From: a virus
Lineage: Duplodnaviria > Caudoviricetes
DNA: 27,517 nucleotides
Reading direction: 5' to 3' (one strand)
Virus record (IMG/VR): IMGVR_UViG_3300026197_000009
Span: 1 to 27,517 of that record
Shown here: piece after piece, positions 9,571 to 21,947 of the stretch
Position numbering within the stretch: the stretch's first letter is position 1
Layout: each line of letters begins with the position of its first letter
Program-made: the position numbers and the translations under genes
The notes under the pieces: model-generated
What the model saw: only the letters and a program-made list of their open reading frames with translations
Database searches by the model: none
What the model was told of the DNA's origin: nothing

Positions 9571-10341
9571 ATGAAAGCTTTAAAATCAAAACACGGTGTA
9601 AGAACATACTCTCTTGAGAAAGATTCTTCTACTGTTATTCCTGCTGATAGTTTTGTTACTCTCAGTTCTGGGCTTGCTGTTGTTGCTGTTGCAGCATCTA
9701 GTGCTCTAGGATATACAAGAGGAGGTGCTGGTGAAGGAGAAACTGAAGTTCTTATCGACGCAGATGTAGATGTAGTATACGAAGGTACTGGAGATGCTGT
9801 TTTTGCAAAAACACAAAGAGGTACTGAAGTTGACCTAGTAATCGAACCTGCTTATTTAGAAACTGGAGTTGTTACTGAAACTGACGCTGATGTATGGGAA
9901 CTAATCACAGACGGTTCATTTAGAATCTCTATTGATGGAACTGCATACAATGTAGATGGAATAGACTTTGACACTGATGCTGATATGGATGATGTTGCTG
10001 CTTCAATCCAAACTGCATTACAATCTGCTACTTCTGGTTCAGAAACTGTAACTTGGGACTCAACAAACTCTAAATTCGTAATTAGCTCTGTATCTGCTAC
10101 TGCTTCTAGTGAAATAAGTGTATTAAGCACTTCTACTGGAACTGTTGGTACTGATATTAGTGGTTCTGACTACCTAAATGGTAGAAATGGATCTGGTACT
10201 GTATTTAATTATGAACAAAAAGTTGATGTTGGTGCATCTTCTACAGATGTATTCAAAATTCAACCTACTAACGACGCTGGAACTGTTGGTTCTGCTGATG
10301 GAATTAGATTCCAAATCAACAAACCACTTTTCGCTAACTAA
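9571..10341 (+). CDS. Capsid cement/decoration-like protein with an internal DUF3383-like insert, 256 aa
   Basis: Position between scaffold and MCP; small G/A/V-rich beta fold interrupted by ITDGSFRISIDG...IDF...DDVAASIQTAL...VTWD...KFVISS...GTDIS. Confidence 0.65.
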   Translation: MKALKSKHGVRTYSLEKDSSTVIPADSFVTLSSGLAVVAVAASSALGYTRGGAGEGETEVLIDADVDVVYEGTGDAVFAKTQRGTEVDLVIEPAYLETGVVTETDADVWELITDGSFRISIDGTAYNVDGIDFDTDADMDDVAASIQTALQSATSGSETVTWDSTNSKFVISSVSATASSEISVLSTSTGTVGTDISGSDYLNGRNGSGTVFNYEQKVDVGASSTDVFKIQPTNDAGTVGSADGIRFQINKPLFAN

Positions 10342-10368
10342 TTTTATTTTTTTTTAAATTAAATAACG

Positions 10369-11322
10369 ATGCTATCTACAGAAACTGTTGTTGCACAAAA
10401 GAAAGACATCAGCGATTTGTTCGAATCGTTAGCAGACATTACTATGTCTAACACTTATTTCTCTAAAGTATTTAGAGTAATGGATGATCTAGAATGGACT
10501 ACTAACTACGCACAATTCGAAGGTGGAACTGGTACAACTTGGTTGGAAGAAGCAGAACCTTATCCTGAAGTTAAACCAAACGATGGATATGAAACTAGCT
10601 TAACTCCAGAAAAGCTTGGTAACCAAATCATTGTAACTAAAACAATGAGAAGAAAAGCTATGGATTCTACTCAAAAAATGAGAGAATTTGTAGAACTACA
10701 AATGAGAAATCAAATCAATGATATGGCAAGATTCTTGGAAAAAGAAACTCATAAAATGTTTACTGATTATTCTAGTTATTTAGCTCCAGATACTAAACCT
10801 ATCTTTGCTAATAACCACAAATGGAATAATGATGTTGCATGAGATTACACTTTCGATAATCTACAAACCGCTGCTTCATTTAGTGATTCTGCTGTACAAG
10901 CTGTTAAAAAGTATGAAGGTACTTTAACAGATTCTACTGGAACACCAATTGATATCGAATTTGACACTATCATAACTGGACATGGAACTGCTGCTGCTAC
11001 AAAAGTAAGACAATACTTACAAGCTAATGGTGGACAGTATGAAACAAACTCTCTTTCTGGTGTAGTTGTTTACAATAATGGACGAACTCATATTGAAGAC
11101 AAATACCTTAAAGATGATGATAACTATGATAATATGTATATATTTAGAGCTTCAAGAGGACGAAAAGGTGAAAATTCTCTAGTTGTAGTCTTCCAAGAAA
11201 GACCAACTATGGGTGAACCTGTTGTTCAATCTAACGAATCAGTAGTATTCCCATACTCTGGATTTGTGAAGTATGGATGTGTATATATGCCATTAGATTA
11301 TATCTATAATGCTGGTGCATAA
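10369..11322 (+). CDS. Major capsid protein (HK97 fold, Mu gpT-like), 317 aa
   Basis: Track fragments 10369 and 11134 joined across a single TGA (10840-10842); APDTKPIFANNH motif; strong codon bias; followed by a terminator. Confidence 0.85.
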
Positions 11323-11332
11323 ACATAGGGAT

Positions 11333-11363
11333 GGGGAGATTAAGTTCTCCCCCTTCTTTCTTT
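11333..11363 (+). terminator. Intrinsic terminator after MCP
   Basis: GGGGAGA-ttaagt-TCTCCCC then a pyrimidine/T-rich tract. Confidence 0.75.
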
Positions 11364-11381
11364 ATAAAATAAACATAAAAC

Positions 11382-11681
11382 ATGGGAACTATGCAAAGAT
11401 TTAGATACAAGGGACATTGGCTATCAGCTCAACAACTAAAAACTCTTAAAGAAAGAGAACTAAAAGAGGAAACTTATTTTGAGGATGCCAAACTTGAAGA
11501 AAAAGAAGATGAACAAGTTGTTGATGAAGTCAAAGAAGTAGAAGAGATAAAAGAAGATGAACAATCTATTGAGGAGTTAAAAAAAGAATATGAAGACTTA
11601 ACTAACAAAAAAGCTGTTGGTAAATACGCAAAAGATAGAGAATGGCTTACTAAAAAAATAGAAGAAGCTAAAGCTGAATAA
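11382..11681 (+). CDS. Small acidic protein with a C-terminal helix-loop-helix-like segment, 99 aa
   Basis: Intact ORF; IEELKKEYEDLTNKK...WLTKKIEE. Confidence 0.75.
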   Translation: MGTMQRFRYKGHWLSAQQLKTLKERELKEETYFEDAKLEEKEDEQVVDEVKEVEEIKEDEQSIEELKKEYEDLTNKKAVGKYAKDREWLTKKIEEAKAE

Positions 11682-11751
11682 TCTAAAGATTCATAGACCT
11701 GTTTATGGGTCTATTAGATTGTTTCGTAATTTATTTTTCTGACACTAATAC

Positions 11752-12447
11752 ATGACGCCTCAAGATTTGAAGAATTTACTGATAAAGGTAACACATACTG
11801 ACTTAAGCGATGATGATGCTTATCTATATTTGAATATGGCATATAAAGAATTTCGAAACGCTATAGTAAATTCAAAAAAGAACTATAACTTTGAATTTTG
11901 GGTAACAAATGTATTATCTTGATTGAGTGAATATACGTTAAAACAACCAGACGTAACAGAAGTAAATCAAAGAGATAAACGATGACAACAAGCTGTTGAG
12001 AAAGTATTTATAAAATACGATACTGACAGTGATTTTGTTGAACTTAAACCTAGAACACGAGATACTATAGAAGCAACTCCTGAATACTTAAAAGAAAACC
12101 AATCACAATCAGACCCGATAGTGATTATATCAGATAACTCTTTGTTTATATATCCTACTCCTGATACTGTTGTAACAGATTGATTATTGTTTTACTGATA
12201 CAGGAAACCATATAATTTATCTGACACAACAACAAGTTCAGATGACATATTAGTACCTGAACAATGGAGGAAAGTAATAGTAACTGGAGCAAAGAAACGA
12301 GTATACGAAGCTCAACAACTACAAAACGAAGCAGAGAAAGCTGAAACTGATTATGTACAACAAAAGAGAGTGGCGTTATCTAGTATGGCAATGAGAAGAA
12401 CATCTGTTACACAGGGTATAGTACCAAAAGTAAGAGATATGGAGTAA
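11752..12447 (+). CDS. Head-tail adaptor protein, 231 aa
   Basis: YLNMAYKEFWNAI, GLSEYTL, FIYPTPD, LVPEQWRKVIVTGA motifs; synteny. Confidence 0.75.
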
Positions 12448-12468
12448 TTTATTTCATTAACGAAGTGT

Positions 12469-13962
12469 ATGCAACGAAATAGACGATATGGCTGAATGAG
12501 TGATACAAACACCTTCGTTGGTGATGCTCAATACGTATATTCAGAAAACATAGAAGTAAGAAAAAACCCAGAATATTTAAGACTATCAAATAAGAGTAAG
12601 AACCGAATAACTACTGATTACAATGTAGTTAATATGCTAACCTTCACAGACCGAAGAGGTATTTTTCTATTTTGAGAATGATGACAAGTAAGCGATTTGT
12701 GAGTTCCTCTATATACTTTATCTTGATGAGAGGAAATATTAGATGCTATTGCGTTTAATGATTACTATTTGTTATTTTACGTAAGAAGTAATAGGATAAG
12801 GATGGCTAGTATTGATATTGGCTCTGCTAATGCTTGAAACTGGACAGGTAATGTAACAGAAGATATACAAGACTGAACTGGTACGGTTATAGAATATGAT
12901 ATATGATATAATTCAAGCAATCAAAGAAAAATCTGACTACAGAATAGAGCAAACCAAATATTATATATAGCATCATGAAAATCTACACATAGATTGTTTG
13001 TTAGTTCTGGTTGAGATCGAGTTAGTGAAGCTCTAATAGAAAATATAGATAATGATTTCGTATGAATAACACAACATGGAAATTACTTCCACTTATATTT
13101 AAATAATTGAAGAAAATATTTATGGGATTGACAATGATGAGAAACTAAACAGTTAGCACTGTTAAATACAGAATTAAACATTACCAATGTAATAGAAACG
13201 CCGACTGTTGATTATATAGTTTGAGATAACGCAAGTCAGGATACAACATTATATTATTCTGCTTGATTGGATATGTTTAAGAAGGTAAAAAAAACTATTA
13301 AAATAGCAGAACCTGAAGAGAAGTATAAATTTCTAATTGAATCATGAAGCATAAGTAATCATTTTGCCAAATACTATGATGATATAACATATTTTACTGG
13401 TAAATGCTGAGATGATGCAGATACTTGAGCTTTAATATCTATATGACAAGAATATGATTGATTTCAGACATCAGTAGTTAATAGTATTACAGGTTGTGAT
13501 TGATGAAATGGAACAATCAGTGCAATAAACTGTATAACTACATTTGGTAGTTGATTCTTATATTATGCTTGGGAATGAGATTTGTGATGAGAAAGCTATT
13601 GAGTTGATTACATATATTTATGAGAATGAAAACAATCTAGCCAAGAATACCAAAAACAATGAGAATTATGGTCTAAAAGAGAGAATTACTGAAATAATGC
13701 TCTAACTAAGAAGATAATCAACTCTTACATAAGAGCAGATGTAGATACATCAAACTATATTAATGTATACTACTCTATAGATTGAGGTAGCCGAACCTTA
13801 TGGAAAAGACTAGATGATAGTACTAAAAAAAGACATAAACTATTAGACTTAAACAAGAAATTCTATGAAATACAGATAAAACTTGAATTTGTAGGAACAT
13901 GAACATCAACACCTAAACTATATCAATTTAATTTATTACCACAAGTGATAAATGAGCCTTAG
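12469..13962 (+). CDS. Tail nozzle / head stabilisation protein (P22 gp10-like, beta-propeller), 497 aa
   Basis: N-terminal WYGGMSD...SENIEV, beta-rich body, C-terminal YYSIDGGSW...EIQIKLEF...TPKLY; follows the adaptor. Confidence 0.7.
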
Positions 13963-14326
13963 AGATAATATAGATAAGATAAATGAAGATTTCAAAGTTG
14001 ATGTTGATAAAATGAATAAAGACTTTGAGAAAGATTTTTTATCTTTAGATGGTACTGAGGTAGATATATCAAAAAATGTAGAGGTTGATGAAGATAAAAA
14101 AGAATATGGGTATTCTAAACAAGCATTAGACCCTTATATAGCACTTGATAGAGATAAATTAGAAGAGTTTATTGAAGATTATTTAGAGGGAAACTCATAT
14201 ATGAGATATAGAGGTACATCATTACCTACATCAGACATAAGAGAATGAGATACATACACAACAGGTACAGGTACATTATTCATTTATAACTGAACAAGTT
14301 GGGTAAAAGTAGAAGAAAATCCTTAA
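13952..14326 (+). CDS. Small virion protein, 124 aa
   Basis: C-terminal LPTSDIREGDTYTTGTGTLFIYNGTSWVKV trimeric-fibre-type motif after TGA readthrough. Confidence 0.7.
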
Positions 14327-14348
14327 TTTATTTTAAAAACAATAAAAT

Positions 14349-16919
14349 ATGGTATCAAAAGCTAGACAACAGGAAATAGCTGCAAACATACAAGAAGCTG
14401 TAGACTCTTGAAGAATATCTCAAGAAGATGTTGCACAAGCTAAAGCAGATTTATGATTTGAGGGTAAAACTACTCAAGATGTTCAGCAAACCCAAACAAC
14501 ACCTCAACAACCTAGTCAATGAAAACCTCAACAAGAACAATCTCAACAACAAAGAGATACTTGATTAGACCCTGTTGAAGATATAACTGTAAGACAACCA
14601 GAGATACAACCTAAGGAATGAGAAAGAGTAGAATGAAAGGTGCAAGATAGAGTAGAACCTATGCAACTAGAAGAATGAGAAACAACTCAATTCTGACAAG
14701 CTGTTAAACAGATGTGACCTGACGCAAAACAATTTATGAATAGAAGAAATCAAGCGCTTGCAGATGAAACGCTTAATTCTTTGATGCCTAAAATAAATTC
14801 TGGACAAATAGATTTAACAGAAGAATCTTTAATATCCTCTATTACTAATACTATCACAAGACGTGGTGGTGAAGTTGTAAATATAAAAGACCGACAAGAT
14901 ACAATAAACGATATTAGAGATAGAATGTGATTTAGTGTTGGTACTGACTTAGATAAAATAAATCAAGAAACAAAATATGATAGATATAATGCTAATGTTT
15001 CATGAGAGAGAGCTGGATGACCTGAAGAAATATCTACATTAAAACAGAAAGTTACAGACTATCTTGAACAAGAAGGTATAGATTACGACGAAGCTAAATC
15101 TCAGATAGATATAGATGCAAGATATGAAGAGATAATCAATAATCCTGACTATAAGAATGCTAACTCAATGATGAATGAGAGTAAAAAGGTTGTTGACGAC
15201 TTAGAGGAACAGAAATTTAATCTATTATGAGAGATAGACGAAGCTTTTCCTTGAGAGCCTTCTTTTGTGATAGACGCAGTATATTCCGATAGACTTGAAG
15301 ATATTAATAAACAACTAAGAACAGCCACTATTACACATAACAAAAATGTTGCTAATTACCAATTTCAAGAAAAACTAGCACAACAAAAGTTATCAAACTA
15401 TATACAAGAATATCAAATAAACCAAGACCAGTTATGGAAAACAATTTCACAAGAAACTGGTATTGCAAAAGCAGACCGAAACCAAGATTGGACAAATTTC
15501 TATAAACAACAAGATAGAGAAGACCAGAAAGAATTACAACAACTATCTTTGTTAAGTCAATTAAATCTTAAAGGTATGAGCGATAGTAATATAGATTGAT
15601 TAGATACAACAAGTTTTGTTAAAGATATATTGAAATTTAAAAGTCAAGTAGATTCTAAACAGAAAGAACAAACAAATATGTATTACGATGAAAACTCAAA
15701 GAATATGGTCTTCTACGATAATTATGGAAACGTTATAAATACATATAGTCCACAATGATGATGAACTACTACATCAGAATGAACCTCAATGTGGGTTAGT
15801 CCAGAGAATATACCAGAATGATGACTAAGAACAGATAGACACAGAAATCCAACAGCCTTGATGTATACAGAATGAGTTGCCAAATTCTTTAAAAACAAGT
15901 GATATAACGTATCTAAATGAGATAAATTTCCAGATAGTAACAACTATACTTTAGATATGAGTAATATAGATGACCCTGTACAGGCTACTATAGATTATAT
16001 AGACGCATATTGATTTGATTATAAAGGACAAAACAGACGAACACATACATCAATGTCAGACGAATCTCGAAACAACTTAAATAATCAACAAAAGAGATGA
16101 GTAATTAAAAAGATGTATTCAAGAGAATTAGGTAGTTGAGAATTGTTCTGAGAAAATTATATTGCATGAGCACAAAGAAGTAACTCTTATAATAAAAACC
16201 TTTCAACAACATATAGAGAGTTTATTGTTAATGGTAAATCCCCTTCTGTTGCTGTATTAAAATCAGACTTTGGATGAAGTGCAGAGGAATTATGAAGACA
16301 AGCAAATAATTGGTTTAAAGATAATATATGAGAAGTATTAGGTGGTTCTAATGTTAATATGAAGAACCCTCAATTATTTACTTTTTGGACTAAAGAACAA
16401 AGAGATTGATCTATTGAATGAATGAAGACAATTAACAAAACATTATGATGAATAGAACAGGTTGTTGATTATATAGAAAATAACTTTGAAGATTGAAAAA
16501 TTATGTATGATTGATGAAGAAGTAAACTTAAAACATTAAGAGGTAAGATTACGAATTTACAATTATGAGTAAAAGATAAATGACTATATAACTTATGAGT
16601 ATTAAACTGACCTGACCTTGAGCTAATAGAGTCAGTAATACCAAATGTAAATTTCTTTAACCCAATCCCAATTGATAACGATAATTACATAACAAAAGAA
16701 GAAATGATTGAGAGGATGAAAGAAACTGCAAAAACTTTTGTTGAATGATATGATGATGAAAATATATTATACTGAATAAATGTTACAAACCCGTTCGCAT
16801 TAGATGATACACAAGGTGGTAATGTAGTATGACAAAGTAATCCTCAAATAAATGAAGAAGAGATATTGAAAGAAACATTAAATAGTACATCATATAGTGG
16901 GGCAATAGAATGATTCTAA
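14349..16919 (+). CDS. Internal virion / DNA ejection protein 1, 856 aa, with a possible muralytic domain
   Basis: One frame with many TGA (three in a row at 15756-15764); Q-rich coiled coil; RTDRHRNPTAL and YNLGVLNGPDLELIESVIP motifs. Confidence 0.7.
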
Positions 16920-16949
16920 TATTAATAATTTAATTATATATATATAAAT

Positions 16950-18869
16950 ATGGCACTAAATACTTGATTACAGAACACTTGATTACAGAATACCTGACTA
17001 CAGGGTATATGATTAAATAATACTTGAACAAATACTCCAACACAACAAAATAATCAAAAAGATTGAATGAGGAACGCTTGAACATCTTCATTTAACAAAA
17101 AATCAACACCAATTAAGTACATAACATTAGAAGATTTCTACAAAAAAGCAAAGCCACTAACAGAGAAATACAACAAATCTTATACACAAATAATGAAAGA
17201 CGTTGAGGATTCTTGAACAATGGTTATTGGTTCTGAAGTATTTAAACAAAAGATAACAAAAACAAATGTAGAAAAAACAGAAAGTCAACCATGACAATGA
17301 TTACAAAACTTCATGGACTCAGGTGTTTGAAAATTTGGAACAGAATTAGGAAATATATTTAAAAACGCAGTTGCATCAGCGCCAACAACCGTAACAAATA
17401 CTGCCGCATTTCTTCAGGAGATAAATCCATTAAGACTTGTAGATAAGGCTGTTGACGCAATATTGCCATGAGATCAACCAGACTATTTAAAAGAACAAGC
17501 AGATGATTTAAGAAATCTATGAGAAAATGCTAAAGTTGAGATACAAGATTTTTTAGATGCTGATAAAGAATGACGAAGTGCAACTGTATGAGCATTTATA
17601 CCTGAAGTAGTTGCTTTTTTCGCTTGATGAGAAGCTGTTCAATGAGCTAAATTTGTTAAAGCATTAAATAATTCAATTCGTTGAACTAAAATACTATCAA
17701 AGACACCTAGATTGGCAAAGTTTTTATGAGCTTTATCTAATGTAACATTAAGATGAGCTTGATGAGCAGAGGCAGGTAGTATTGTGTGAGAATGAAGAAC
17801 AGCAACACCATGAGAGCTTGCATTATGAGTTTGAGCAGAAGTTGGTATTGGAGCTGTATCTACTTTAATAGGTAAACCATTAAAATCATTATTTGCAAAG
17901 AAAATTCCTAAACAAGCTAAAACAGCATTTAAAAGATTAGGAATAAAAAAATATGATGATTTAGTCAACGCATGAGAGAAATCATCTTTAGATAGAACAA
18001 CAACAACACCAGCAGAGCTTGTTGCAAAAAATATAGAAGATTCGTTCGATAAAGCTCAGAAAGAGTTATTATGAGAATGAAAGAAACTTTGAGACATAAG
18101 AAAATGATTTACAGATATAGTTGCTTGAAACGAAATAAATTGAAATAGATTTGCAGACGAATTTGCTGATACAATAGAAGATAGATTATGAGCCAGAATA
18201 ATTGACTGAGATAAGCTTGATATAGTAGACGCACCCAATAGAACAAACCAAATATTTAAGGAGGCAGATGAAAGGCTTATTAAGAAGATATATAAAAAGG
18301 TTAATAGTCTTTGACCTAATACAAAGTTAAGTGAATTAGATGATATAGCACAACTTTTCTGAAAAATGGAAGATAAATCAACTAAATGAGCATTTGCTAA
18401 ATTAAAGAAAGACATTCTAAATAGGGTTGATGAATTATGAGGAAAAGAATTTAAACAAGCTAAATCACAATATAAAGAACTAATGGATTTCTTAGATGAA
18501 TCAACAGAATGAAAAAAATCAATACAACTACAAAAAGAGTTCTTTAGTAGTAATCCTACAAGATCTAAAAAGATTTTTGAGGATATTGAAAAGATTACTT
18601 GAATAGATCTAGTCCCAGAGATGGAAGCAGCTAGGTTTGTTATGGATTCATTGCAAGATCCTCAGTTTTCTAAGTTCTATCCTTCTGCACCTGGAATTAA
18701 AGAAAAAATTATAGAATCATTACAATCAAACTTAGATAAACCAATTAAAAGATGAAGAAAATTTGTTGAATGATATGAACCAGATAGAAAAATATTCTTA
18801 GAATGATTAAAATCATTAAAGTCTACTTTAATAGGTCAGGCGTCAACTTTAAATGATAACCAAGACTAA
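16950..18869 (+). CDS. Internal virion / DNA ejection protein 2, 639 aa
   Basis: N-terminal NTGLQ repeats, central G/A-rich hydrophobic segment, helical K/E-rich C-terminus. Confidence 0.7.
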
Positions 18870-18871
18870 CG

Positions 18872-19162
18872 ATGGTAACAACAGAATGGAGACTTGTTAG
18901 GGAAGATAGATGAGATGCTGTTCAGTTAGCTTGGAATACTTGAGATGATGATTTATTATTACGAAATACTGGAACTGAAGATGTTTTGACATATCAGCTC
19001 TTATGATTTACAGAATGGGAGTCTTATAACAACACTATAGTTGTTTGAATGCCATTAGAAACAGATTGATGATTATTATTACAAAACGAATCTTGACAAA
19101 CACTCGTAGGTAACGTTGCATATACTAAATGATGAACAGAATGGGGTGTATTTAATTCTTAA
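18872..19162 (+). CDS. Small tail protein, 96 aa, with TEW and WNTG repeats
   Basis: Open with TGA=Gly; internal LAWNTG/LLWNTG repeat. Confidence 0.7.
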
Positions 19163-19170
19163 TATAAAAT

Positions 19171-20508
19171 ATGGTAAAAGTTAACGATCTTCCAGAAAAA
19201 GATACGATTGTAGCTGCTTGAGATGAGTTGGTTATAATTGATAGTGGAGATAGCGATAAAACTAAAAGAATAGCTGCTAGCAAATTTAAATGAAATAGCT
19301 GAATAACAGGAGAGGAAACAACTATAGTTGATTCTTTCTGAAATTGAGATTATACAACTATATGAGCTGCTCTTACTGCTGGTGCTAATCGTATTTTTGT
19401 TAATGATTGAAATTACACAGAAACTTATTGGGATTTAACTAATAAAGATGTTAGAGTAAATTGTGCTTCTTATAATGTAAATATTAATTTCAACAACACA
19501 GATGTACATGGCTGAACTTATATATTAGCAGATGATGATACTACTGTTATTATACAGGATGGTACTTTCAATTTCACTATGAATAGTGTAAACACATTTT
19601 GATTAGACGGAGGTTTATCGGATGGTACTTTTATCTGGAAAGATTCTATTATAAATGTTAATTGAGACGATGTAGCTGGTAGGGCTTTTACAGATTTATT
19701 TATGGATAGAGGCTGAGAAAATTGACGACATTATTGTAAGTTTAAATTCTTAAATGCTACAAATACTAACCCTATAAAATTAACTGATGCTAGGACAAAT
19801 TTTAGTTTTTGTGATTTCTATTGAGGTAAAGTAATATTTTGAGGTAACTCATCAACAGAAATGAAAAGTTGTAGAACTACGGATTTAGTATGAATATGAT
19901 TTGATTGAGGTAGATATATAGATTGTTCGATGTCTAATTCTTCAGTAACAACTATATATGATAAAAACTGAACACAGACAGATTCTTCTGTAATAGATTG
20001 GTCTGAAAATAGTGCTATTTCTTTTTTTAACGCTACAACAGTTCCTGCTTGAATAACAATAGAGTGAAGTTCATCAAGTATATTTAATTTTGATTCAACA
20101 CCTATAACATTAGAAGATGGTACACTTTCATATGCTTGACATTCACATTCAGTATTTCTTTGGGATGGCTCGGTTGCTTGTACAATATTAGCTAATACTA
20201 TTACATGATGTTCATTTTCTAACAATACTGGTGGTAAGATTTCTATAGAAAAAGATTATAATGTAAGCTCTGGTAATGCTTTTCAAAATATAGATGTAGA
20301 CTTAATTTGATCTGGCATAGCTCTTACTGGTAATAGTAGGGTTTGAGACTTAATTATAAGTTGAGATAATTCGTCTATAACATGAAATAGCGATTTAGGT
20401 ACTGTAACATTTAATACTTGAGCCGATAATAATATATTATTAGCAAATACAGATGTATCAACAGTAACTGATAATGGGTCTGGGAATGTTAATGTTAATA
20501 ACACATAG
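19171..20508 (+). CDS. Tailspike with pectin-lyase-like beta-helix, 445 aa
   Basis: Anchor KVNDLPE...DELVIID...KTKRI; GNGDYTTIGAAL...IFVNDGNYTE; N/S/I/G-rich repeats. Confidence 0.78.
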
Positions 20509-20549
20509 ATAGTATATAACAATATAATTTACTTAAATAAACAATCTAA

Positions 20550-21935
20550 ATGGCTTGAACACCTAAAAGAATAGATGAACTAACAGAGATAGTATCAATC
20601 GCAGATGATGATATTTTAGTAGTAGTACAGGATTGAGAAACTGAAGCTAAGAAAATAAAGAAATCAAACGCTATAACTTGATGAAGTGGAGCTGTAGATA
20701 GTGTTAATTGACAGACTTGAACAGTTGTATTGGATGCTGATGATATAAGCGACACTACTACAACTAATAAGTTTGCTACATCTGCAGAGCTTACACAAAT
20801 ATCAACAAATACAAGCAATATATCTACTTTAGATACTGATAAAGCAGATAAAAGTAATGTATTAGAATTAAACAATACAACAGCATTCACTCCTGACGCA
20901 GATTACGAACCTGCTACAAAAAAATATGTAGATGATAATGCTGGTAGTGGTTGAGTTACTTGACCTGCTACTAGTACAGATAGTGCTATAGTATTATTTG
21001 ATTGAACTACTTGAGATACTATAAAAGATAGTGTAAAGACTATAGTTACTTCTACCACTTGATTGGGTAGTGACGATACTACAGTACCTACATCTAAAGC
21101 AGTAGCAGACGCTATAGGTAGTTCTTGAGGTTGAGATATGTTATCTAGTACCTATGACCCTACCAATGTTTCAGCAGACGCTTTTGATATGGATAATATG
21201 GTAGAATGAACTACTAATAAAATATTAACATCTGCAGAAAGAACTATCTTAGGCAATACATCTTGAACAAATACTTGAGATGAAGTAGTAGCAACTGGTG
21301 CAGAGGTAGATACCTGAACAGATGACACTAAAATGGTTACACCTAAAGCTATAGCAGATAGTAAAGTCAGCTATACTGACTGAACAGAAACACTAACAAA
21401 TAAAACGCTTACATCTCCGAAGATAAACGAAAATGTGGCAGTAACATCTACAGCTACAGAACTTAATATATTAGATTGAGCAACTCTTTCAACAACAGAG
21501 CTTAATTATGTAGATTGAGTTACAAGTTCTATACAGACACAACTAGGTACTAAGCTAGAAAATATATCAGAAGATACTACACCTCAACTAGGAGGAGAAC
21601 TAGACGCTTGAGCTAATAGTATAGGGTTTACACAAGGAACAGCTACAGGAGATGGTACTACTACTATTGACTGGGGGAATGGTAATAAATTCAAATTCAC
21701 ATTTGGAGCACAAAACGAAACATTCACATTCACAGCACCTGCTAAACCAGGTAACTTCTTATTAGTATTAGTACAAGATGCTACAGGTAGTAGAACTGCT
21801 ACACGACCTGCCACAGTAAAACGACCATGAGGAACAGCGCCTACACTTACTACAGATGCAAGTGCGGTAGATATAGTTTCTTTCTATTATGATGGGACTA
21901 ACTACTACGGACAAGCAGGACTAGATTTTAGTTAA
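20550..21935 (+). CDS. Tail fibre protein, 461 aa
   Basis: VDSVNGQTGTVVLDADDI, PATKKYVD, ETLTNKTLTSP, TELNYVDGVTSSIQTQL, QDATGSRTATWPATVKWPGGTAPTLT motifs. Confidence 0.88.
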
Positions 21936-21947
21936 TAAAATATACCA

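Noticed and set aside
9571-10341. Contractile tail sheath gene
   Set aside because: Only an internal domain resembles it; the protein is too short, sits in the head module, and no tube, baseplate or tape measure gene is present
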